Origin: Paramecium tetraurelia
Taxonomy: Eukaryota
Reading direction: 5' to 3'
Length of the DNA stretch: 64,000 bases
Assembly (NCBI GenBank): GCA_000165425.1
Contig: CT868029.1
Span: forward strand, 124,001 to 188,000
The notes under the pieces are model-generated. The model did no database searches and was not told the DNA's origin. It saw nothing but the letters and a program-made list of their open reading frames with translations. Position numbers and translations under genes: made by a program. How positions within the stretch are numbered: position 1 is the stretch's first letter; every line of letters begins with the position of its first letter. Below are positions 1 through 11,528 of this stretch, piece after piece.

Positions 1-1010
1 AAAAGATCCGAAACTTTAAATCTCAATTGAACTCCTAAAGTAATTCAGAAATGATTATAATTTTATGAAAATTTTAGAGATATTTTAAGAATGTTAGAAA
101 ATACTTATAAAGTTCTCAATTTCACAGCACAAGATATTAGAATTGCTCTAATAAGAATAGGTGATGCGTAGTACAGGGATATATAGTAATTATCGGGATT
201 TTAGTCAAAAAGAGTTTAAATAAAAAAGAAATATGATGTAAGTTTCGATTAAGACAAGAATTTGTGTAAAATAAGGAAAGTCTTTAAAGAAATTAAATTT
301 TAGACATTAGACTCGATCGCAAATTCTAATTTCAACTTGTTATATCTATTGCAATACTATTAGAAGATACAATTAAGAATAGAGGAATCAATAATTTATC
401 TATTATATTTTAGTAACTAAAAATTGGGAGTTAAAATAATTTGGATTTTTGATTTTAATTGCTCAAAATATTTTGGATAATGGCTTTTTAGGAATGGAAA
501 GTATTTATCAGTTTTTAGGAGATTATAATATAAGGGTGAAACAAAAGATCAAGTTATTTGTATTAATATTGTTAACATTAGAAATTAGGTAAGCTATATA
601 TATATGAAATAAAAAGCGGGATAAAAAGTAACTAATTGCCTAGTATTGAAATAAATTAATGAATTTTATGTTTTTAAAATAGTTTAATTTTTGAGTATAG
701 TAATTGTATGTTAAAAGCTGAATTGAGATATTTGACATTAGAGGATGTGATGAATTTTAAATAATTTGATAAGTACATATAAAATTTGCGTTGACAAGAG
801 AAGCAATACTTGATTATCTTGAAGGGGAATTGCAGAGCTTGTTGATTACTATAGTTTGAAAGGAGAAGAATTAAAGTTTGTTTAATTTAGGATAGATGCA
901 TACTACAGTGGTATCGATAGTCAATAATGAAAAAGTTGAATTTTAGATGGGAATAAAGAAGAATGTGAAAGATTGGAGAGGTGTTGATTAGCAAAATTAC
1001 AAGTGAAATA
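1..1010 (+). pseudogene. Probable degenerate coding relic, truncated by the window edge
   Basis: Purine-rich, codon-like sequence with scattered Gly/Trp/Lys codons. No frame I followed stayed free of TGA under the ciliate code, and no clean intron rescued one. Confidence 0.25.
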
Positions 1011-1233
1011 ACGAAATTTCTATTTTAATTAAATTCTCTATTCAATATTATTGTTTTTTTTCAAAACGATATTGCAAAATTAAAATGTAAATTGAACGAA
1101 TAATTATTTATGTTTATATATTCTCATTGAATTATGAATGGAGTGGAGAGAAATACATGCACTGGAACCTTTTCTGAGGGTCAGTATTTAGAATCTATAA
1201 TATTACTCTACAAATAAATAATTAATATAAAAT

Positions 1234-2770
1234 ATGATAGCTCAAAAGATCGAGAGACATTTCTCACGAACAGTCCAAGCATAAAAATAATCAAAAAAGA
1301 AGATGAAATTTGTTGAATAGGTATCATTCAAATTGATTTGTGTATAGTCCGATAGGTTTTTATAAGTCAACGAAGACTCTCCAAAGTTAAGTTAGGACAA
1401 GGTAGAAACAAAAAAAAACTTGACTTCGAGACACCTTTAAGAAAATGAGGCTTAAATTTCTGGTCCGGAGGAGACTTTCTCGAGAGGACATGATGCTTAA
1501 AATGATTCATAAGTAAAGTGCTTTTAATAAACTCATCTAGACTGTCACACCTCTAGCTGTTCCAGAGGTTTAGGATCTCGAATAAATTCCAAGTCTTGAA
1601 CACAATCTCTTTCCAGAGTACAATTCTAAAAAGTATTATTTTTCAAATAACTTCTTCAGTAAATAGAAAGCGACAAAAAGAAAAGTCCTGCTCAAAAGAT
1701 TTAAGTCTCACTAAAAGTCATTACTCGCAATGGACAGTAATACTTCTTTGCCAACAGCAGTGGATTTACAATTCGAGAGTCAATTTTTAGAAAAGAATGA
1801 ACCAGACAATAAATCATTTTCAAATAATCAATAACCAGTTCACGAATCTAATGATGAGTCGAAAGAGGGGGAATTATTTAAATAAATTCAAACTGAAGAT
1901 TTTAATTAACCCAAAAATAAAAGAACTTATTACACTGATAAATTAATAAGCTTGATCAAAGGAGATTACGTCGATACATTTATGGCGTAAATGTATCTCA
2001 ATCATTTTATTTAAACCTATGGAATTCTCAAAAAATCAAAGTTATTAAATTAACCTGAAAGTTATGAAATATTATAAAAAATCAACCCCTAAATAAGTAA
2101 TCATAATATTAATTTCATAAGATCGATAAAAGACATTGGTTATAGATTTGGATGAAACCTTAGTCCATTGTAATGAATCAAAACTTATGCCAAAAGATCT
2201 AGTGATAAACATTAAATTACACGATACGTTAACAGTAAAAGTAATTATTTGAAGCATATTCAAATTAGGCCGAAATTAGTGTTCGACCTTATGCTCAGCA
2301 ATTTCTATAAAAAATGGCTAAACACTTTGAAATTATGATATACACTGCTTCAAATGAAGATTATGCGAATTAGATTATAGAATATTTAGATCCAACCAAA
2401 TCGTTGGTGAAGTATCGTCTCTATCGAAATGATTGCATAAATCTCTCAGAAGGATGTCATATAAAAGATTTAAGGACTTTGAACAGAAATTTAAAGGATA
2501 TAATCTTAATTGATAATTCTGCTTATTCTTTTGCTTACCAATTGAACAATGGAATCCCAATAATTCCATATCTTGATAACAAAAAAGATGATGTAATATT
2601 TTTATAATATGTTTCAATAGGAATTAATGGAATTGGAAAATTACTTGATGGAATTACTAAATGTTGATGATGTAAGAATTGAGAATGAGAAGAATTTTCG
2701 ATTGTAGCAGATATAAAATAGTAGTTCAATATAGCAAGCTGTTAATTACTTGATGTGTAATAGAAAATGA
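1234..2770 (+). CDS. NLI-interacting-factor / SCP (CTD small phosphatase-like) HAD phosphatase with long N-terminal extension
   Basis: Ciliate-code translation gives KTLVIDLDETLVHC (DxDxT motif), VRPYAQQFL, IYTASNEDYA, HIKDLRTLNRNLKDIILIDNS. Introns at 1513-1540, 2241-2268 and 2593-2620, possibly also 1321-1347. TGA at 2768-2770. Confidence 0.9.
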
Positions 2771-2817
2771 TTTTATTTAATTCTTATGTCTTAACTTGTT
2801 TAATGAAATTGTTATAT

Positions 2818-3854
2818 TCAATAGAGTTTAGAACTTCTACGGACTTCTGTGCGAACTTCAGATTTCTTTTACTCTTGCATGGCTTTGTCAGCAGCTTCAA
2901 CCTGTGCCAATTGTCTCTTTAAGTCTGCTATTTTTTGTGTGCTTTCAGCGTAGTTCTTCTCTAAATTGCCATACTTCTTCATCCAAGTTTCAACTTCATT
3001 TGATGCATAAGTAACTTTTTCAGTGATGATTATTTCATATTCCTGTCTCAATTCCTCAAGTCTATTTCTCAATTCATCCATCAATTGTTCATCTTCATGA
3101 ATTTTTTATTCTAACTCCAATTTTTAGAGTTCTAGGTTTTTCACTTTAGTATCATCTTATATTTCTTAAACTGTCTCTTCAACAATAGTTCCATTGTTCT
3201 TTCTTATTTATATCTATAATTCCAAGATCTGTCTCTCTAGAGTGGCACATTTCAGTCTCCAGGGAGCTTCGATTTCTGATATAAATATTCAACTAAATAT
3301 TTACCATCTACTGTGATGACTTAGAGTGGTCTTTCGACATGTCTGAACTCTTGGACCTGGGTTTAGGGTTGAACAGCCTAGGGAAATTATTGTTAGAACA
3401 GGGTACTACTGGTTATTGCAAGATCACTTGTTGAACGGGAGGGGCAACTTGGACAGTAACTGGTTGATAGGAGGGTCTGATGTTGATGGGACTTTGTTAT
3501 CGAGCAGGAATGAAGGGTTGAGAAGTAACAGGCAGAATTGGGTTCTATTATACAGGTAGTTGAGGTTGTCTTATTTGGGGTTGCTAAAGAAATTGCTATG
3601 ATTGGGGGATCTAGTAGGGGGAGCTCTTTAAATAAATGAATTAGCAATACAAACTATTATTGGGGCTAATAGGTTTGTGGGGATTGAATTATTGGATTTT
3701 GAGGAGATTGCTAATATTGCTATGGGATGCCTGGAGATTAAAGCTAAGATAGGAATTTGAATCTTCATCATACGTATTGACTCTAAATGGGTGAACCTTA
3801 GTAGATGTTGTTCATTTGGAAAGGCTGTTATTATCTGGGGTCGGTTTAGTGCAT
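2818..3854 (-). CDS. Pro/Gln/Val-rich N-terminus plus C-terminal coiled coil; putative cortical cytoskeletal protein
   Basis: MHQTDPRQQQPFQ...YQPVTVQVAPPVQQVILQQPV...VITVDEIEAPWRLKCATLERQILELQ, then heptad-rich helix. About four short introns. Ends RRSSKLY-TGA. Confidence 0.7.
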
Positions 3855-4054
3855 ATTGTTTAAATAATTTTTATTTGAGTATTAGCAAATTATCTCGTTA
3901 ATTTAAAAGGAAGTCATTAAATACTATACGAGGATTTAATATAAAAATCAATAATATGTCAATTCAAAATGGAAATCAATTATAATATGTAAGTTAATTA
4001 GTATAGATGTCATTAAACTGTTTATAAATCTTATTATTTAAGTTAACATTTAGT

Positions 4055-4627
4055 ATGCTTCATCATTTCTCAAAATATAGATTCACTCTTAACAAAGTCG
4101 CCAACTTGGATTCCATCAAAGTGTTCATTAAAGATCTTAAGGATGTAGCCTCAATTGTTCCTTCCAAGTTGGACGAAACTGAAGTGTAGCTCTCTCTCTA
4201 AATCCATGCGCTGGAGAAGAATTGGAAAATCGTATGAAACTATAATTATAGGTTTAGAATTCAAAGTCTTTGGCCAAAGAGTACAAATTCGAAACATTCA
4301 AACAAGCATTCGTGTTCATGAACACAGTTTCCCACTTGGCAGATCAGATGAGTCGTAACTTTGAGTGTTTAATTAGATTACCCCAAATGGATCAATGTCT
4401 ACAATAAATTAAGCGTGGAAATAACGACCTAAGATGTGAGTGGCATTTCAGTAAAGGATGTGCTCTTAGCTTACCTAATGGAATCAACCTACAAAGATGT
4501 TAAAGAATTGAACCCAGAACACGTTGGTGAGATTTCAAAGGTGTCAGCTCCACAATTGTTACAAAACTGGAATGCAAATTTCACTTAATATTAGGAGATC
4601 TTGAAAAAAAATGTTCACAAACTCTGA
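4055..4627 (+). CDS. Pterin-4-alpha-carbinolamine dehydratase (PCD/DCoH)-like protein with basic N-terminal extension
   Basis: KEYKFETFKQAFVFMNTVSHLADQMSHYPKWINVYNKLSVEITTQDVSGISVKDVLLAYLME matches the PCD pattern FxxFxxAFxFMxxVAxxAExxxHHPxWxNVYNKVxIxLxTHxxxGLSxxD. Two short introns. Confidence 0.85.
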
Positions 4628-4719
4628 AATTGATAAATGTTATGACAATTAAATAAAATTTAATATATATCTGATTCACACGTCAATAGTTTATACGACA
4701 TATTTATTTATTATTATTA

Positions 4720-6971
4720 ATGAATAAGTTCATACTAATTGCCTTGTTGACTCTGTCTACGTAGGCTTTATTCGAAAATTCATACACCATAAAGAGTGCC
4801 AACAAAATGTAAGACTTTAGAGCAATTTTGGAGTCAGATTTTGTATCTCTGGTTTACTTTTACACAGAAGAGTGCGAGAATTGTTAAATGGCAGCCTCAT
4901 TAGTAGAAAAGGTGGCAGAGGATTAAGAAGGAATAATCAATGTTTTTGGAGCCAATTGCGATCAAATCAACAAGGATCCAAATTCTGTGTAATCTTCATA
5001 AATTACCTTAGTAATAAATTACCATACTGCTCTGAGGATATGCTAGAATAATTGCCTCAAATCTCCTTTTTTGAACCTCCTCAATTTAAAATCAATCCCT
5101 ATACTAAAGAACCCATGATAGCAACTGAACATAGATTTTAAGGAGAAGCATCTCCACAATCCTTGGGAACCTTTGGCCACAAGTTCATACCCAACCATGT
5201 TATTAGAATCAACACATTAGAAGAATTGAAACAATTTGAAACTACAGATCCAAAACTAAATAAAGTTCTCTTATTTACTAAGAAGAAGGAAACATCACCT
5301 ATTTTGAAATCTTTGAATTTACATTATTTTGAAAGAGTCAAATTTGGTGAGATTATTGCATCACCAGAAACTCAATCACTTTTGGATTAATTTGATATCA
5401 AAGATCTTCCCTAAATTATTGGATTAGAAAATAATGGTGATAACACTTATAATCATGATATATTTGATGGAGATTTACTATTCAAACCTATTAAAAAGTT
5501 TGTTAGAAGTTTGGCCTCAAAAGATAGAGTTCCATATGAGTAAGTTAATGAAAAACCAAAGGAGGACAATAGAAGAAACAGAAGAAATAAACAAAATGAT
5601 CAAGAAGAAGACACGTAAAAACCAGTAGTCATTACTCCCACTAAATTAGATTTAAGTGTTTTGAATAAGTAGTTGTTAAGGAATGATAAACCTGCTCTTG
5701 TTCATGTGTACAAAGATCAAATGCATAAAGCCTGGGATGACTCTCTCAAGAAATATAAATCCCTATTTGATTATTATGAATTACAAGTAGATACACAACA
5801 AGATGAAGAATTAGCTAAAGAATTATTCATTAAGAGTTACCCTAGTATCAGATTCTATTAGGTTGGTAATGCTGGAAAAAAGAAATCCAATAAAATCTCA
5901 TTCACTAAAGAATATAAAATAGAAGAAATCAATAAGGACATTCAAGACTTAATTGATGATAAGACTATTAATATCAATGAATAAACCCTTCAAATGTAAT
6001 TAAGTTAATTCATAGCTGACAACAACATCGTTGTTATCTATTTCTATTAAACTCCTATTGTAGGTCTTACCTATAGAGTTCTTAGTTAATTGCAAGAATA
6101 TTATGGAAAATATAAGTTTTTGTCTTTCAAAAATGCTCCAGAAATGGTAATTAAATAATTTTAAATTCCTTCTCAACCTGCAATTACAATCATTTTCAGA
6201 GAAGTCGCTGATAAAAAGGAATTAGAAGAGGAACTTAAACCTGAATAAGTGAGATAGGCATTATTCACTGGCAAACATTCTTATGAGGAAATAAAGAGTT
6301 TCATCGATTCAGTATAAACAAATAATTATTTTAGTTTGATGAGACCAAGAAGACCTCTCATAAAAAAGTCATCGAGATTTCTACTTAAGAATAGTTATTA
6401 GAACAATGCAACAAAAAGTAAAAGTTGTGTTATATTGCACTTTTGAATGGAGAACACAAATAATAAAAACATGATGAGATATTGACAAAATGGGAATATC
6501 AATTAGAAGTTCTAGATAGAATTAAAAATGCACACGGAGATAAGCAAGCTTCTTTTGTTTATATTGATGCTTCATGTCATGATGAAGTATTATTAAAATT
6601 TGACATCTCTGATGACTCTTTACCTAATTTTGTAGCATATTCGAACGCTAAGAAAATGTAACTTAAATTATTATTTTAGTTATTCAAAATTAATAGGACG
6701 ATTTGATTATGAATCTATTAATAAATTCATAGAGAGACAGTATAAAGGTTAGTCAAACAATATCTAAATACATGAACTTGAAATCTTAGAAAGAGATTGT
6801 GAGGAAGTATTTTAAAAGAGGAAAGAAGCAAGTCAAAAATCTGGACTTTCTGATTTTGATGAAGAAATCTTAAAAGAGATATTGGAGGAAGAGAAGTAAA
6901 GAAAGAAAGAATTAGAGAAAGAGTTAAAAAAAGGAAAGAAAAAGAATAAAAAATCAAAAGATGAATTATGA
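4720..6971 (+). CDS. ER-resident protein disulfide isomerase-like multi-thioredoxin-fold protein
   Basis: Signal peptide MNKFILIALLTLSTQA; LVYFYTEECENC (CxxC); further Trx-like repeats (IKSYPSIRFY, LPNFVAY); C-terminal KSKDEL-TGA. Confidence 0.8.
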
Positions 6972-7603
6972 ATTTTTATGTACATAAACTTATCATCAAT
7001 GTTAATCTAAAATATATATGGATTATAATTTAATGATCTCTAAAATATTAAAAAAATAATAATTGAAGAAAATCTCATTAGATACAATTTATTTCTTATA
7101 AAAAATACTATTCAAGAAAATATACAGATACAATTTTATATACTATATATTAGGAATTTTATTTAATAATTCATATATAATTAAATTTGATTAATTAATT
7201 TATAAATATCCATTTTTAAAAGCTATAATCATTATATAAATAATGACTACATCTGCATATAGATTCAATAAAGCTAACTTCATTTTTTTAGCAAATATTC
7301 TTATATAAATTTTTATCAAATTAGCTGGTTGTCTTTTATTATATTATAAAAATTAATTCATTTCTAATCACTAATAGAAATAATATTTAAAGGATAGCAT
7401 GCAATAAGAAGAGGAAATATGATGGATTTGAAACTCTCTTGAATATTTATTTTGTTCTAGCTTAAATTAATATCAAATAGTTAGGATGGATTTATTTAAC
7501 AAAATAGAATAGAACAAAAAATAGGGTGTTTGATGAAACTCGATTGAATTATGTATGAGAATAATAAGTTTTAATGTTTAAATCTTATATTTTATAGTTA
7601 ATA

Positions 7604-8328
7604 TCACAATTACTATAATTTCTTTTCAAAATCATCCAAATCCTAATTAGCTTCTTACTGTTTCATCTATTGTTGTTGAGGCAATTACTTATTTGGTCCT
7701 GCTTGTTATGATTCAATCTAATATATTAAGTCGTCAGCCTAAGATACATGTAATAGAATACTTATGATTACATGTCTCCAAGATCAACATCATCATTCAT
7801 GTTCTCCATTGCATCATCCATTTATTCTTGGACGATACCCATTTTCATCATTTCTTTTTACAAATCTTGCATAGTTGCTGAAATTTCCTTAATATTCATC
7901 AGCTTGTTAATGTCTTTCATAACATTAGAGATGCATCCCATAGCTTGAGCCATTTTTATGTTGGCAAACATATTATCTATGCCGTACATAACATTTTAAA
8001 TCTTTCCTTTATTTAAAAGATTTCTCTCCTTTTGTTTTTAACAAGTAATGACCTATTTTGCATAAGTCTATTTAATAAATTTGTCAGCCTTATCTCCTTT
8101 CTTTATTTCTTTTTGAAGTAAGTCTTCAGCCTTCTTCCTTGCCTATTCAATTTAAAAATTTTGTCTTTTAAAACATAGAATAATTAAGTACCTTTCAATT
8201 TCCCTCATTTCCTTCTACAATTCTTTATTCATTGATCTTTATTTATCTCGTAGTTCTTCTTTAGTCATTGATTATAATTTTGGTTCAGGAGGAGGAGCTT
8301 GTGCTTTTTTAGATCCAAAAAAATTCAT
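7604..8328 (-). CDS. ESCRT-III (Snf7 family) subunit, CHMP2/VPS2- or CHMP3/VPS24-like
   Basis: Basic N-terminal helices (LQKEMREIERQ), AQAMGCISNVMKDINKLMNIKEISATMQDLQKEMMKMGIVQEQMDDAME, and an acidic C-terminus with MIM-like DLDDFEKKLQQL. Two introns. Confidence 0.85.
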
Positions 8329-8367
8329 GATGAATAAAATATATATAATAATGTATATTGTTATGAA

Positions 8368-8550
8368 TCATAATGCTGTATTTAAATGAAAAAATTCGTA
8401 ATCAATATTTTAACGAATAACTTATCCTCGATAATAGCCATCAATTTTGGTTACGACTCCCTTAAAATCATATTCCTCCTCTGCCTTAGGTTTAAGTTGG
8501 GCTGGATTTTAATACTGAATACTTGTGGATGGAGCACAACACTATCCCAT
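8368..8550 (-). CDS. 60-aa microprotein with N-terminal MGQCC acylation-type motif
   Basis: Intronless ATG-to-TGA frame MGQCCAPSTSIQYQNPAQLKPKAEEEYDFKGVVTKIDGYYRGQVIRQNIDYEFFHLNTAL, visibly more GC-rich than its flanks. Confidence 0.65.
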
Positions 8551-9498
8551 TAATTTAAAATAAAAAATATTATCATTTTTTGTCAATTTTTGGTTTGATA
8601 ATTTTTCCAGATTAAAATCTTATTTTCTTTAGTGAACTTATATTCTTATATTAATAATCAAGAGATTTTCAGTATTTATGAAAATGGAACTGAATACTTC
8701 ATAAGGATTAATACATTATTCTGATTCGACTTGATATCCCAATTCTGCAAACAGCTTAGAAGATTGCAAAGCTTAAGTACATGCTTCTATACTTAAGTAC
8801 TAAATTATATCAAATAGAGATGATAAAAGAATAAATATATTAATATCAACCGAAAACATTGCTACTTGTTTATTTCATCAAATCATCAAATAGGTAGATG
8901 CAAAATTGAAAAAACTATAATCCTACTCTATTCCAAATCTAAAAGATTATACGGTAACGAAAGTATTCTTCACAATAGTTGAGGTAAACAATAAGAACAA
9001 TTAACTAAAAAAGCATAATTTAAAATAGATTTTGAATAGGAAACTATTCTTAATACAGGTTGGTTTCCAATTAGTTTGATACTACTTATTTAGTTATTTA
9101 GATTGGAACTATTTTCATTTTATAATCAAAACTGTTTCTAGCCTAATAATTTTAATCTAATCTTCAATCCTTCTACTAAAAATATTAAACAGATCAAGTT
9201 CATATTATTAAAAGAGAATATGCCATATCAACGCTCATATATTCTGAAACGCTCTGCACTATTTAATCCAAAATTTTCATTATTTAAAAAAAATATATAT
9301 ATAATGCAGAAGCTATATATTTTTGAATATTTTATTTGTCTCATATTCAATTTGAAATACCCCACAGAGAAATTGAATTGTATCTATTTTGATGTGAGTA
9401 TTTAGAATAATAAGACAGAATTGGCACTTGATTTTAAAGATTTCAAAGAATATGTTTATGATTATTAAATACTAATGTATCTTATACTATTGTAAATC

Positions 9499-9850
9499 TC
9501 ATTTGGCATTTTTCTTAGCTTCTTATTGTTTTTTAAGTTGATTGGCATCAACGAATACTATAGTCTTGCATCTCTTGATGACCTTTAACCACTTCAATTT
9601 ACACTTAACACATTCAAGTCTAAAACGATTAACAAAAGTAATACTTTAAGGCAACTTTCTTTGTTGTCTTTGCCTTCTTTCTGAAGATGGGTTTAGTTTG
9701 TCCACCATAACCAGCTTGCTTCATGTCGTACCTTCTTCTGCCTTAGGCAAAAGGACTTTCCTTGCTCTTTTTGTATTGGGACACTTTGCAACTTTAATGA
9801 CTTCCACATTTTCTGCAATAGGTCTTTCTGTTTTTGGGGACGTTCACCAT
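9499..9850 (-). CDS. RPL36A: 60S ribosomal protein eL42 (L36a/L44)
   Basis: [18 protein letters not shown]...[41 protein letters not shown]. One 25-nt intron. Confidence 0.97.
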
Positions 9851-10016
9851 TTATTATTTTTTTAATAAAATTTAATCATTTTTTGAAAATCCAAAATAAT
9901 CATTATTTTTGTGATTCAATGAACTCCCCAATTATTCATCTCTTATCTAATCAATACTGAATAAACTTGATAAAATAGGAATGATGGTAATAATATAATT
10001 TAAGAAATTTAAATAT

Positions 10017-11283
10017 TCATAGTAATTTCTACAATCTCAATAAATACTATTTAATCAATTCCAATTGTTGTTTCTGCCCTTCTATTTACACATTGTACTA
10101 TTAAAATTAATTAATATTATACATCATTTGCCATCTATTCAGTGACTTTTAGGACTGAATTATAGTTTTAAGCCTATTTTAAAAATTCATCAATTTCAGC
10201 TCCTTCGTCACTTTGTTATTCAACTAAAAAGCTTTGACAAAATTCGTAGTCTCTTTTTTACTCTTTAATCTTCTCGATTTAATGATGTCTTATCTATTGT
10301 TATGAATCAGAGTAATTATTGATATAATCTTAAAGTTGATATGTATTGGATTCATGTTGTTAGCATACTTTATTCAAATTCTTCGATTAGGATTCAATGT
10401 TATTCAGGATTTGATCATAGATTAAATCATTATTTTTGACTTTCTATTCTTTGATATCTTAAAATGTTTAACAAATTTGATTAAACAGTTAATTCACTTA
10501 TTTGTCTATTTAATCGGAATCCTGGAATTATGGTGCATCTTTATTGAATGTAATATTGGCATTTGACTTTTCCATCTTAAGAACTTCTTATTGTAAATCA
10601 CTTTCAACTTTAGCAACAAATTTCAATTCAATAGTTTTTTCCAAGAGCTTCAATTCGTTATCAATGTTCATCTCCATTTTTTGCACTACTTGATCAGATA
10701 AATTGTTTTGTTCTTCTATTTTCTCAAATATAATCTTTCTGGTTTATTTTACTTTTAATTCTAATTGAGAAACTTATTGTTGATATACAATGTTATTCTT
10801 CTAATCCTTAATGAATTAGACCATTTCATTTTTATAAATATCTTTGTTGTTTGAAGTTAATGATGAATGATCTAAAGGTTGATTTAAGGATAATATTTGT
10901 GTTTATGCTTCCTCTTGAAATTTATAAACCTATTGCTTATTACTTGCAGACTATTTTTAATCAATTCTCAAGGAGATCTCTGATATAGATTTGGAGATGT
11001 CACTAATTAATTCGATTAATGCAGTATATTAACTTTCTAAGTATTCGCACAAGAGGGGTTTATTGAAATGTTCTTCAATCAAATTCAAATCATATTGATT
11101 TCCTATTTGAACTTAATATTTCTAATTTTGTACAGGTTTAGCTTTTTGATCTTCAAATATTTGCTTTACTAATTCTATTTGTTAATCTTGGGGAATTTAT
11201 ATTTCTAGAATTTTCAATTCTTTGATCATATTTCTAATGGATTCATCCTCAATATCGACATAATTCGAGAGTGTTTAAAGCAT
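10017..11283 (-). CDS. Hypothetical coiled-coil protein
   Basis: Frame starting MLQTLSNYVDIEDESIRNMIKELKIL, E/K/Q-rich, with one intron near the 3' end. No domain recognised. Confidence 0.6.
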
Positions 11284-11528
11284 ATAATTTGAATTTGAAT
11301 TTTGATTAATAAAAAGAGTAATATTGAATATAAAATAATATTTAAAGAAGCACTATCAACTTTAAAAGTAGTCATATGTTGTTTACACTTAGAAATAGTT
11401 TAAGATTAACCATAAAGAAAGAGCGCTATGAGTTGCTTTAAAAGGGAGAATAGTATTTAATGTCATTCTGAAGTGAAGAACTGTCATATAGTTGAATTGA
11501 TGATAATTTAATAGTTATTTTATTAATA

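Noticed and set aside
9680..9715. Cycloheximide-resistance variant of eL42
   Set aside because: The motif reads GQTKPIF with Pro retained, which is the ordinary sensitive-type residue.
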